Assembly: GCA_001179505.1 (NCBI GenBank)
Contig: CDMY01000403.1
Coordinates: 21,790-85,789, forward strand
Source of the DNA: Vitrella brassicaformis CCMP3155
Lineage: Eukaryota; Protista; Chromerida
Direction: 5' to 3'
Length of the DNA: 64,000 bases
Below, piece after piece: positions 11,450 to 23,679 of this stretch (position 1 is its first letter; every line of letters starts with the position of its first letter). Made by a program: the position numbers and the translations under genes. Below the pieces are notes generated by a model that worked only from the letters and a program-made list of their open reading frames with translations, was not told the DNA's origin and did no database searches.

Positions 11450-12420
11450 CTGCTGAGTCGCATCCTGGGCGGCAGCCGGCGACACAGCGCGACAGCTTGT
11501 CAAGGACTTCAACGAGTGGACTGAAAGAGTTGTGGAGCAGTGGTTGGCGGACCGCGCTTGTGTGCTGCTCATTGACGAACTCAACAAGCTGATCACAAAG
11601 AACGTCGTGGCTTCCTGAAGCAGAGCTTCATCGACAAAAAGGAGCGTTACTTCGTTTTTTCGGGCCATTCAGCGCCGACAGGGGGCAAGCTAGCGGTGTT
11701 CACTCAGAGCCCCAGCGACCGTCATCAGGACGGGATGGACGGCGCAAACCGCAAAACAGAGGGCGGCCCCGGCAGCCGCCTCACGCCAGCTTTAGGTTCG
11801 CATATGAGGGGCTTGAGGACGATGAGAAGGAGGAGGGCAACATGGGGAGTTACGCCGCCATCTCAGCCTGTGCGGTGGGACCTGCCCCTGGCTGGTGTTC
11901 GGGGGGTCTTTCGCGGGCAAGGCGGCCGGCGAGTTTGACCTCCCTCTTTCCCTCGAGGATTCTGAAAATGAGCTCGAAGACCGAGCCGTCTCCCTCTTCC
12001 TCTCCCTCTCTGCCTTCAATGCATACCATGCCTTCACGGGAGCCCCCTGCGGCGCACATCGATGCAGGAGACATGCCATTTGACATCGCTCATCAACAAT
12101 GAGTGTGTCCAGGACATCGCGAAGGAAGCTGATGGGTACATATTACAAATACCTTACAAAGAGAGCACAAGAAACACACATGTGTATATGTGTGTTTCAG
12201 CCGATAAGTCCATCGTCAAGGAGTCAGACGCCATCCGCATCTACAATGCATGCTGGAATGGCTGACAATCCTATGGCGGACAACAAGCCGGAGATCGGAC
12301 CCGGCATTGCGTAGAAGACAGTCCATTCCGGTGATAGTGAAGTGCTTCAAGGCTGGCATCAACACCAGGTACATATCGCCAGTTGAACTACATGTACATG
12401 TCCACCAGACCCTCATCGAG
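11450..12420 (+). pseudogene. Frameshifted remnant of a P-loop NTPase-like gene (possibly Crinkler/CR-effector-like)
   Basis: Walker-B-like CVLLIDELNKL at about 11559-11591, stop at 11616, then a shifted frame FLKQSFIDKKERYFVFSGH; further broken protein-like fragments to about 12420. Family assignment is from motif recall only. Confidence 0.35.
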
Positions 12421-12767
12421 CATCGCCGTCACTCGAACGGCAAGGCCAATGAAGAGAGTCAGGTCAGTCAAGGCGGGCCGCTTTGCAATGATGACTGACT
12501 CACTGCATACGATGTCATGTCACTGTCAGTGCTTCACCCAGTTCAGCCTTGTTTTCGAGCGTCAAGAGAGCCGACGGTCTACCTTCCTACGCAGCCGACA
12601 ACAACGCGACAAGAAGGCGGGCGTCGGCCGTGCTTTTGGCTGCTGCGGGTGCAGAGTGAGGTCAGCTGTGGATCGCATGACCGCATTCGGCAAAGCCGAG
12701 CTGCTCGGGGGCATTTGCGAGGGGGTGACGAGGCTGCCTGTACAAATGTGGTGTAATCCATGGCGGT

Positions 12768-13472
12768 ATGCCTTCCCGCGAGTCATGCCTTCCAGCGAGC
12801 CGATTCAGACGACGTAGTGGAAGTCAGCGACACAGAGACATACACAGACGAGTTCAGCGTGCTTGGTTCACGTCTTCCTGTTCGACTATGACGACACGTA
12901 CGCCAGACACAATCAGTTGAGAGCTACATGCATCCATCCATCCCCGTGCTGCTGTATGTGTATCTGTCCTCTCTCGGTGCTCTGCGCAGGCTATTCCCCA
13001 CCTCTGCACACGACAGCATGGAGGAGGCGGTCCGGAAAGGGACCATGACAGAGAAGGAGGGGCGGGCAATACTGGCCAAGTGCGCCGGATCGGCCCTGCG
13101 GCTGCTGGAGCGGTGCGTCCTGAGGGGCCAGGTCATCATCTGCTCCAATGGCGACCGCTCCTGGTGAGTGGGTGGGTGGGTGGGTGGACAACCGACATGC
13201 CGTGTGTGTGTGCCAATGTGCAGGCTGGAGGAGTCGCTGGACGGGGAGGCCTACCAGGAGCTGAGGCAGTTCCTGAAGGCCAGGGCCATCCCCGTCCTCT
13301 CCGCCAGGGAGCACGCACGGCTGCAGGGACTCATCGAGTACGAGTCCGGATCACCACGCCACACTCCTGGCTCCCTGTCTCTCTCCCTAGTGTGCGTGCC
13401 ATGCAGGGCGCCGGAAGAGCACTGGCAGCACACCCAAGAGACAATTCATCGCTGCTTGCATTTTATATCTGA
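12768..13472 (+). CDS. HAD-superfamily hydrolase-like protein; start uncertain, C-terminal motif not found
   Basis: Splicing across 12898-12989 gives VFLFDYDDTLFPT (HAD motif I, DxDxT); then LLERCVLRGQVIICSNGDRSW (motif II), intron 13164-13223, then IPVLSARE. Confidence 0.55.
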
Positions 13473-13678
13473 CTGTCTTGTGGGCAAACCATCTCGCCTC
13501 CGCAAAAACAGATATGCACGCGGAAAATGGGATATTGATGACTTCTTACATACACACATAAATAAAGCGTTCGCTGGTAGACGAGCTGTACAGACCAATC
13601 ATACCCCTAGGTGGGTGTGTGTTGCCACGCGCATGTCTATATCACAAATGTCTGTCTATCATCTCACACACATCACAG

Positions 13679-14700
13679 TCACAGCAGCTTTAGGTGTCCA
13701 CACACACTGTCAGCCTCATCGGCGAGACACGGACCAATACCCAACACCGTCAGAGAACCGCGGGCTATCTGAGACACCCAATGCACACACATCCATCCAC
13801 CCATCCGTGTGTGTGTTTCCCACCCACCTGTGTGTGTCCGGCGTCGGCAATGAGGGCCGCCACAAAACCCCGATCAACGGCATCTTGCTGCATGGACACT
13901 CAGACAGAGAGAAAGATACCCATGCATATGGAAATGCGGTCTTGTTCTCCTTCCCTCTACAGATGCGTACAGACGTACGCACATAGATGTCGAGCAGTTG
14001 GTGTTCACTGTCGACGCGCACAGCCACCTTGGTCACACCCGTGTCCTCCCTGTTGGTGGACATCCACACGCACGAAGAGACATAGTACCCTGATGACGTG
14101 TATGTCTCTGTGTGTGTGGCGTGGGCCTACCAGAGTTTCAGGTGCGGGTTTCCTTTCTTGACGGATATTTTGTAAGCCTCCACGGCAGCATGGGCACACT
14201 ATACACACGAATTCGCACACACACGGACACGCGACTCTCCCCATCCCTTCCATGTCTCTCCCCGTCCCTCTTACCTGTGCGGCAATTTTCCCTTTGCCCA
14301 TCTTCAGATCGCTTCTTACCACCAAGACCATCTTGCACGGCTTCCTACGCGCCCTGGCCACGCTGCTGCTGCTGCTGCTACTGGTGTCACTCTTTGTTGG
14401 TGTTCGTGTCTCGCCATTTGATGGTGATGGCAATGCTTGAACGCGGGATGATGGATGTGACACCATCTGTGGCCTTGTTCTCAGCTGTGAAGTGGTTCTG
14501 CCAGCAAACACACGCCTGGCTGTCTGTGTGGGGCCGTGGTGTGTGCGTATGTGTGAATGCAGGCAGCGTGGCAAGGGGGAGGGAGGGAGGGAGGGAGGGA
14601 GAAGGTGGAGGAGCGACGGATGCCTCCAATAACAACAATTGGCAAGCAATGGTTAAGCCTCCAGGACGTCTTGTCCAGAAATAAAGCACAAAACCTCCAG
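13679..14700 (-). CDS. PTH2: Peptidyl-tRNA hydrolase 2 (PTH2); 5' end uncertain
   Basis: Spliced exons KMVLVVRSDLKMGKGKIAAQ / CAHAAVEAYK...LKLW / EDTGVTKVAVRVDSEHQLLDIY / DRGFVAALIADAGHTQ / IARGSLTVLGIGP...GHLKLL-stop (13681-13679). These are the canonical PTH2 motifs. Confidence 0.9.
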
Positions 14701-14869
14701 GCCCAAGCAGGCAGGCAGGCAGGCACACACGAGGGCAAAAATGGCAGCCACGCGGCCGTCCTCCCCCCAACACAAATAAATCTCATCCATCCATCGAAGG
14801 ACCGGCCGGCCGGCTGCCATGTCCCTGCCCATCTCCCGCAGACATTGCACAAACCTCACTCACTGACTG

Positions 14870-15420
14870 TACACACACACACAGACAGGCACACAGACAG
14901 GCAGACAGACAGACAGCGCTCTATCTTTCTCTCTCTCTCTCTCTCTCTCTCTCGGTCGGTGAAAAATCGGCTCTAAACCCTGCCAGCCAGCTTTGGTTGG
15001 TATGTACAGATAAAACACAGCACAGCCATTCATTCGTTGATTGATTCAGTCATCTGCTGTGTGTGGAAGAATGGCAGGCAAGGCAAAAACTCCCCTCTTC
15101 CTTCCTTCCTTCCTTCCTTCCTCGATCGCTCCTGGCTGTCTGTCTGTGCAGACACAGATACTCACAGCGAGCGTGCGCACGTCAGTCACGTGTGCATCCC
15201 ATCCATCCATCCATGCAGGCACGCAGGCAGGCATGCAGCCGTCGCTTCGTTGTGGAGTGGGAGGGTCAAAATCCATCCATCCATCCATCCGTCCATCCAC
15301 CCACCATGGATCAATCACAACCGTCGCTGCCCCTTCCCTCCCTCCCTCCCTCCCTCCCTCTCCTCCCCCGCTCCCCCTGCCAGCCACCACGTGTGCGCGT
15401 GGATGGTGTGGGTGAGTGGG
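14870..15420. repeat. Representative microsatellite-dense spacer: (CA)n, (CT)n, (CCTT)n, (CCAT)n, (CCCT)n
   Basis: Directly visible simple repeats; similar tracts occur in most introns and in 23700-25100, 34000-35280 and 41600-45600. Confidence 0.85.
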
Positions 15421-15426
15421 CGTCTG

Positions 15427-18400
15427 TTACGCTGGGGTAGGTTCGCTCTCCTTGATGGCCTCGGTGAGGGCCCTGTTGATAGATGAAGACACACATGAAT
15501 GAATGAGCCCACATAGCATCTATAGTGGGGCTGGTGGATGTGCATGTGTGTGCTTATTCATCTGGGTGGGTGACGACAGACACCGTTTACCTTGGGAGCT
15601 TCCAGTTGACGTTTTCCTCCGCGAAGACGAACTCCTCTGTTTGTGTCACACCGAGCTCCTTCAGCCGATCCACCACTCGCTGCACAACGTCCTCGGGTGT
15701 GGAGGCGCCTGCCGTGAGGGTGATGGTCTTGACCCCATCCAGCCACTCCTCGCGGATGTCGTCTGGACCCTGAATCAACTTGCCCCTACACACACACACA
15801 CACACAACACGTGTACCGCATCCAGATGACCTGCGCATGTATGTGCGTGTGTGCGGGGCGTCCGTCCGTCCATACTTGACATTCCTCAGCTCGGCGGTTT
15901 CCCTCAGCCGCTTGGAATTGGACGACATCTGGTCACCCACCACCAGCGCCAGGTCGCTCTGCCATTCGACACACACCGGACACACGCCCTCTTGGATGGA
16001 TGGATGGATTGGTGGATGCCTCACCCGCCCCACCTGTTCGACGACCTCCCTCATGGCGCCCTGCCTGTTGGTGGTGGCGAAGCAGATGCTCCCGCTCGGA
16101 ATGCTCTCGACGTGGGGATAACGCAGCTTCAACGCAGCTGTGTCCAATACACACACACACACACACACGGAGGGACGGATCACTTGAGAAGGTGTGTTGC
16201 TGTGCTGTGCTGTGCTGCGGTGTGGTGTGGTGTGGTGTGCTGTGGTGTGCTGTGCCGACCAACGATGTCTTTGCAGTCGTCCATTGACAGAGTGGTCTGC
16301 GTGGCGTAGAACAGCCTGAAGGCACACAAGACACACAGCAAAGACATGACACTTGTGTGTCTGTGTGTGTGGGTGGGTATGTGTGTGGCTGACTAGACAG
16401 ACTGACTTGTCGTTTTCGGTGAAGGGGAGGTTCATGACGTCCTGCACGCTCTCGACGATGGTCGTCTGGTCGGGGGCCTCCCCCTTGGTGCCGATCGTCT
16501 CAACTACACCACACCACACCACACGCACACTGATGACATTGACGCACACACACCCTATAGTATAGCGTGCGGACTCACTAACCGTGATCGGCGTGGCCAA
16601 TAAGGATGATGTGATACCCCTCCTTAGCCTTCCGCTTGGCGTATACGTGGACCTGCACGCGCACACACGCACCAGACACACGTAACGCCTGAACGCATGA
16701 GCGCATAACGGCGGGGCGGGCGGGCGGAGGGTGCGCACCTTAGTGACGAGAGGGCAAGTGGCGTCGACCTCCATGAGGTTCCGCTGCTTGGCGACGTCGC
16801 GGACCTCCGGGGGTATGCCGTGGGCCGAGTAGATGATCTTCTCGCCCTCCGGCACCTCGTTCAGGTCCTCGATGAAGATCACACCCTTGTTCTGTGTTCC
16901 CATACATAACATACACACAGACAGACAGACAGACAGATGGCCCAGTGAGTGTGTGTGTGTGCGCGCGTTGCATGTAGAAGGTGACCTTGAGTCGGTCACA
17001 GACGATTCTGTTGTGCACGATCTCGTGTTTGACGTAGATGGGCGGGCCCCACAGCTTGAGCGCCTCCTCGACTGTGTCGATGGCACGAACGACGCCCTGA
17101 TTGAGTGATAAAAGGACCGACCAACGATATGATGGACACACACCAACGAATGCGTGTGATGTGAGCGCTGGTGCAGGCAGGCAGGCAGGCACGGACCTCG
17201 CAGAAGCCTCGTGGGTTGGTGAGTACCAGCTTGATGCCTGGAAGGAAGGACGAGGCGAGGCGAATCAAGGGGAGGGGAGATGCAGATTGATGGGTTCATG
17301 GGAAGGTGTACATGTCATGTGTGTGGGTACGGTATCTTACCTTCTCCCTGCTGCTGCTCCTGCGCCGCTGCTGGCTGCGTGTCGGTCATCATGGTGTTGG
17401 CCTTGGAGGTCATCTCGCTCTTGGCCGAGCCCACCAGCTGGTTGTACCTCTCCACCTCATCAGCCGACCCATACGCCACCGGACTGCGGTCGTCGGTCGA
17501 GCTGATCTGCGGAAAATGGAGGCACACACACACACACGAGTGTTTCTTCATGTGTGTGATATGAGGGGCGGGGGGCGGGTTTGATTTGCGTGCCTTGACG
17601 TCGAGTATTGACGCGAGTCCGTTTGACGACTTGCCACCGGCCTTCTCCACGATATAGGCCAGCGGGGCAACCTTGACACACACACACACACACACACAAG
17701 GGTTGATGCCTTCACATATTGACGGATGCATGTATGCAGTGACTGCCTAACTGACCTCGTAGAGCAGCCGCAGCTTGGCGGGCGCTGCGTCGCTCGATGG
17801 GTTCACGAAGACGCCCTGAATGACGTACATGACGTCCATGTGTGTGTGTGTGTGTGTGGCCATGCGTGTGTGTGGATGGCTGCGTACCTTTCCTTTGACG
17901 AGCAGCTGGAAGACATCAGGCACCATGCCGCCAGTGTACCTGCAGCCATATGGATGGATGTGTCACGAAACACAGGTGTGCGAATGGATCCGCGTACGTG
18001 TGGACGTGTGTGTGCGTCTCAGCCGGCCTAGCCTACCTTAGTTGGTATTTGTTCTTGACCCAGAAGTCCACCAGCTCGTTGTAGCCCTTGTTGTCCTGCG
18101 TTGCACGGAGATTGCCTGCACACACACACACACATTCACACACAGAGAGAGAGAGAGAGAGAGTGAAGCACGCACGCTCTCGTGTCCACAGACGTACCCG
18201 GTGCGAACAGTTTGCCCTCTCCGATTTCGGTGAAGCGGTTGGTGTGGACCCAGTCGCCGTGGCGCTGGCCCATGTCGTCGACCAGCGTGAACTCATGCGC
18301 ACCCTCAACGCCCTCCACGGCGATCGTCATCGACACGCGGGGGCCGTACATGGCCAAACCTGTCATGTCACACACACACATGGGATGGTGATACAGACAG

Positions 18401-19599
18401 ACAGAGATGGGTGCGGGGGTCAGCAGGAACGTACCAGCTGCGCTGAGCTCCCTGCCCGTGATGCCCGTCAGCCTGCTGCCCGGCCACACGCCGAAGAGCG
18501 TCCCCACAGCAAAGTTCGTGTCAACTGCACACACAGTGCACGCCACGCCCTTCTGGAGGTGTGTATACATGTATGTGTGTGTGTATATGCGCCGACCGAC
18601 CGATGGACGATCCATCAAGTGGGTCGAATGCGACACTGTATGTGCCGTCGAGATCGTCGCCCTCGGCGATGAGCGGCTTCTCGACGGGCTCCTCCTCGCT
18701 TGACGCAGTCGACACCACCCCTGCACACACAACACACACGATGGGTGGGTGGGTGTTATACTGTGTGTGTGTGTGTCAGGACATTCCCTCCCTCTGTGTG
18801 TGAGTGTGAGTGTGTGTGAACGTACCCGATTGATCCAGGTTGAAGAAAATCAGATTGTTGGCCAAAATGTCCACAGCCAACTGCACACACACACACACAC
18901 ACACACATACACACACAGAGGTGTAATGGATGCGCCTCATGATGGACAGACCTGTTCATCCCCAAAGTTGTTGAAGCACGACGTAGAATCACACGAGGCC
19001 GTCCGCACCTGACAATCACACACACACCCCCACGAGCGTCCAATCCAATCCAATCCAATCAGCTTGTCTGCCTGCCTGCCCGCGTCCGTACCTTGTATCC
19101 GATTTCCTTACAGGCGTCGAACATGGCCTTGAGGACCTTCTGCAGCTTGGGCTCCACCCCGCTGTCGGCCAGCCAGTCGTACAGCGTCTCACCCAACTTC
19201 ATGCTCAGAGAGGCCGGGTGGGCGGGTGGCACAGACACATCACCTGAACACACACACGCACACACACATCCGCACAGAAACAGAATCACATCCTGATCTC
19301 AGATCTGCCGAAGTGGAGTCCCTGGTTGTTGGCGCGAGTGGCTGACCTTCGTCGCTTGTCATGCGGACTGGACCTCGCAGGCGAAACGCCCCACGAGGCC
19401 AGCCGGCAGGGTGCAGATGGCCTGGCGCTGCTCCTCTCCTCTCACCAAGATGGATAGCACCGCCGCTGGACGAGATCCCTGCCCGCCAATGTGCTGGTGG
19501 GCGAAAGGCGCACGACGGCACCGCCGTGATGGCCATCATGCAGAGGCACAGCCATGCAGGCGGCACCAGCTGCGCCATCAGCTGCGGGAGCGACTTCAT
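15427..19599 (-). CDS. SBP-ispH: Plastid-targeted fusion protein: sedoheptulose-1,7-bisphosphatase (N-terminal) + HMBPP reductase IspH/LytB (C-terminal)
   Basis: Leader ...[13 protein letters not shown]. SBPase motifs [58 protein letters not shown] phase-1 GT-AG intron 17340-17238 joins QQQGEG to [12 protein letters not shown] in frame. IspH motifs [52 protein letters not shown]. Stop at 15429-15427. Confidence 0.88.
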
Positions 19600-19704
19600 T
19601 CTCCAGATGCACGGCTGTCTCTCTCTGGTGCTCCCTCTTGCCGAGAGCAGGAAAGCTCGCAACAAGACCTCTCTAAAGGCCGAAGGGAAGGGTGCATAGG
19701 CAGG
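19600..19704. promoter_or_regulatory. Very short head-to-head intergenic region (putative bidirectional promoter)
   Basis: Only 105 bp separate the predicted ATGs of the SBP-ispH gene (minus) and the chromodomain gene (plus). Confidence 0.4.
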
Positions 19705-20646
19705 ATGAGTGTTCCTGGTGCCGCTGCAGCCGCTGCGGCGAGCGTGCTGAGCGATGGTATGAGCCCACACGCGTCCGACGCAGATCCCCATGGAGGACAG
19801 AACCATAACGGAGAGGTGAGGTGATGAGAGAGTGCGTGAGTGAGTGAGCACACATGCGTTAACGAACGTTGGCATGGCATGCACCCCACCCCATCCATGT
19901 ATACCACGCCTCCATGCGTCCGTCCATCCGCGCAGGCGAAGGATGCGTCAGGCAACGGTGACGGCATAGAGTGCGAGGAGGTGGTTGACGAGCCGATGCC
20001 GTCCGCCAGTGGGGACCCCCACCAGGGACAGCAGCAGAGGGGTGAGCAAGGTCAGTCAGCACGGGGTGACCGCGGTGCCACTGAGCGAGGATGGGGGGGA
20101 GGGTGGGTGGTCACGTCACGTCACGGAATGCATTGCATGCAACACATATGCAGCACCAACTTAACTAATGTCTGTGTGTCCTGACTGACTGTCCTTGGTC
20201 TCTTCACATTGATTGATTGTTGATTATTGATTTGATTGCATCATGTGCGGCAGTGGGTGCGGGTGGTGGTGAGGTGGAGTACATCGGTTGTGGACCCATA
20301 TTCACTCGCGCACACCACACACACAGAAAGGTAGGGAGGGAGGATCACCACAAATGACAGACAGCAGACGGCACGCTCCATCGTGTGTGTATGCTATGGG
20401 TGTGGTCTGTCCGTGTGTCTGTCTGTCTGTCTGTGCAGTCGTTGCGTCCGGCCGGCTGCGCGCTGCCCAAAGGTCTCTACCCGCTCTCGTCGGTGCTCAA
20501 GTCGGTGCCTGGCGAGGCAGCCGTGGCCGATATCGCTGTGGGCAGGTGGCAGATGGCCGTGCTGCTCGACAACAGTAGGGTGTGTGTCTGGAGGGGGAGG
20601 TGAGTGACTGAGTGAGTCAGGGAGTGAGGGGCGGGAAGTCGTGTTG

Positions 20647-20682
<36 letters not shown>

Positions 20683-23679
20683 CACGTACAAGTGGCAGGA
20701 TGTGTCAGTGCTGCGGCAGTACTGCCTGACCTCCATCACCATGGCCTCCTCACCGACCTCAGAGGAACGGTTCGTCATCGCCGGCATTTCGCGCGAAGGT
20801 CTGTCTGTCCATCCACACACACCACACCGCACAGACGAGACGTGTGTATGCACGTCACACACACGTGTGGTTGTGTGTTGTGTGTTGTGTGTGGTTATAC
20901 GTTTGGTTTGGTTTGCAGGGTCGTTTCACTGGGTGTCGTCAGACAGCCTGCAGAAGGAGCGGTCGATGGACCTGAGCGTGAGGCCTGGCGAGCGGGCAAT
21001 CGCAAAGTCAATGGATCTGGCGGACGTAATCGATGTATGTACGCTGCGTACGCTACGTTACGTGGCGGCTACACACACACACACACACACACAAAAGCAA
21101 CTGCTCACACGTGTGTGCGTTGATTTGACTGCAGGGTGAGTTTGTGCCGGCCATGGCCGTGCTGAGTTTTGCTGGCGGCGACGAGAATAATCCCTACCTG
21201 TTTGTCAAGGGCCCGGAGGCGTTCACTCGGTTCAGGAACTTCTCATCCACACCACTCAAGGTGGGTGACCAGCACACACACGCGCACACACACCCGAGCC
21301 TGACGTCTCTCTCTCTCTCTCTGTATGTGTGTGTGTTTGTGTTTGTGTGTCCATGGGTTCATCCATCCGCAGGCGCTGTGCGGGCTGTCTGGCCTGTATG
21401 GGTGTGTGTTGGTGGCGGACGGCCACGTGTTCCACTGGAGCCCCGATATGGCGCCCGACGGGCAATACGGCCGATATGACAACGGAAACGTCAAGATGGC
21501 CATCAACAAGGTAATAAGGTACCCCACCCACCCACCCCATGCACACCACACAGGACTCTACGTCCACATGAATGTTTGTGCGTGTATGCGATGCGCCCCG
21601 CCCAGCTGTGTGGTTCCCTCTCTGCCGGCAAAGTGGTGGACGTCGCTTGCTGCGGCAACGCCTTCACGGCCGTGACGCGCGACGGCGTCATTCACGTGTG
21701 GACGGGCGCGGGCGACACTGGGGCCAAGTTCGTCATCAACACGCCCATCCAGTGGACACCCGACTTCCATCAGATGGTTCGTTTAGTAGTAGCCCCACCC
21801 ACCCACCGCTCACCTCACCAGCATGACCTCTGTCTGTTTGTGGTCAAACCATGCTTGTGACAAGCAGCTGATAGACGAGCGTGGCATCCCCTTCGCCAGC
21901 CGCTACCTGCTCACCAACGAGGAGAGGCCGTCCGCCCAGCTCGAGGCCGTCAGGAAGCAGGAGCTCGAGACACTCTATGGCGTCACGGTGACCATGCAGA
22001 GGGAGGGGGACGGGGCAGGGGAGACACCGAAGCTGACCATCAGCAAGGGCGCCGACGACCCGATTGTGCGGCTGTTCGTGTGTGAGGAATGGACCATGGG
22101 CGTGAGCCGTGGGGGCCGAGTTGCTGGGTGGAAGAATGGCCTCCTGACGCGAGGAACAGCGGTCAGTGGAGTGCGTCATGTGTGATGAGTGGATGGACTG
22201 ACTGGACGGAGGGAGGGATGGATGGCTGTCGTGTGGGCTGTGGTGTGTGTGTGCGTCTTTGGTCTCTTCCTTCCTCAGATTGAGAGTGTGTCGGTCAACC
22301 TGTACGAGTGTCTGCGGCAGCTCCACAGCTCCATCAACGACCCCGCCCTCTTCGCCAACATGACCACAGAGACCACCCTCACCGACCTCCCGCCCGCCTC
22401 CTGCCGGATCATCGCTTCACCATCATGCTTCATATTCGCCCACAGACACCCCGCCCCGGCACCCGCCCCCGCCCAGCCAGAGGCCGACGAAGAAATGATG
22501 ATGATGCCCGAGAGCTCGGCCACGCCAGGCGGTCGCCCCGCGAAGCGCCGCGGCCGCCCGCCTGGCTCGCGTGGACGGGGAGCTGCCAAGAGAAAGGCAG
22601 AGGAGGAGCTGGCCACGCGCGACACACAGGTGGGTAAATGGAACGATTTATGACGGTTCCTTCCACCACACACACGACAGACAGATGTCTCTCTTTGTTG
22701 TGGACTGCCAGGGCGGCGCCGACGAGCCTGTGCGTCCGAGCGGCCGCAAGCGGGGTCGGCCGAGGGGCAGTGGTCGGGGCAGGCCGCCCAAGGCCTCACT
22801 CGCCGCTATGGCCGCTGCCGCCGCAGCTGCAGCTGCTGCTGCAGTAGCCAGGGACACCCTCCAGGAGCAGCGCGAGCAGAAAGAGGGTAAGGGTGAGGGT
22901 GAGCCACCCCGCTTGTCGAAGCGAGGCCGCCCACGTGGCAGACCGAGAGGCAGTGGCCGGGGCAGGGCCAGGGGGAAAGGGCGGGAAAGGGGGACTGCGG
23001 CAGCAGCAGCAGGGGTGGAGGATGCAGCCATGGGTGGTGAGGATGAGGAGCCGGCTGTGAAGCGAGGGGAGGAGTCCGACGAGGAGGAGGAGGAGGAGGA
23101 GGAGCCCATGCCGCCGCAGCAGCGGCGGAGAGGCCGTGCGAGGACCACCGACGAGGACGAGAGCGAGGATGCCGAAGAAGAGGAGCAGGAGTGGTACGTT
23201 ACGTGCACACGCACTGGCCTGCCCTGCACCACACTCACACATCCACTGCACTGGCTGTACGTACGGCGTCCATGTGATGTGCCTCTCTCTCTCTCCTGTT
23301 GCGATGCGATGTGACCGACCGACCATTCCATTCAGGGAGGTGGAGCGCATCCTCTCACACCGTGACCTCGCCAACGGCGTCCGTGAGTTCCAAGTCAAGT
23401 GGAAAGGTGCGACCCCCCACCCCACCCCACCATGCTATGCTATGCTGTCTCCCCCCTCCCCCCACCACGCCACGCACGCAGAAACCCATCTATCTGGTTT
23501 GCCTGCCTGTGTATGTCTGTCCACGCACGCACACAGGGGCCTGGTCGCCGACGTGGGAGAGTGCCGACCTCCTGACACACTGCCAGGAGCTACTGGCCGA
23601 CTACTGGGTCTGCCGCAACGCTAACAAGACCAGGGGCGGCCGGTTCGTCAAAGACCCGCAGTTGCTCATGGACCATTGA
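19705..23679 (+). CDS. Chromatin-type protein: RCC1/beta-propeller-like N-terminal region, multiple AT-hooks, acidic tract, C-terminal chromodomain
   Basis: RCC1-like segments VADIAVGRWQMAVLLDNS, GCVLVADGHVFHW, VVDVACCGNAFTAVTRDGVIHVW. AT-hook cores KRRGRP, KRGRPRG, GRGRPPK, KRGRPRGRPRG (22540-22950). Spliced chromodomain WEVERILSHRDLANGVREFQVKWKGAWSPTWESADLLTHCQELLADYW. Confidence 0.75.

Noticed and set aside
12760-12890. Possible +1 programmed frameshift joining MAVCLPASHAFQRADSDD... to the HAD motif
   Set aside because: A 44-nt GT-AG intron (12814-12857) with typical CA-rich content explains the frame change, and no known slippery site is present.
15427-19599. Calling the N-terminal domain fructose-1,6-bisphosphatase
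   Set aside because: VRTASC....C.N.FGDEQLAVD, GNLRAT.DN and [10 protein letters not shown] match SBPase signatures better than FBPase.
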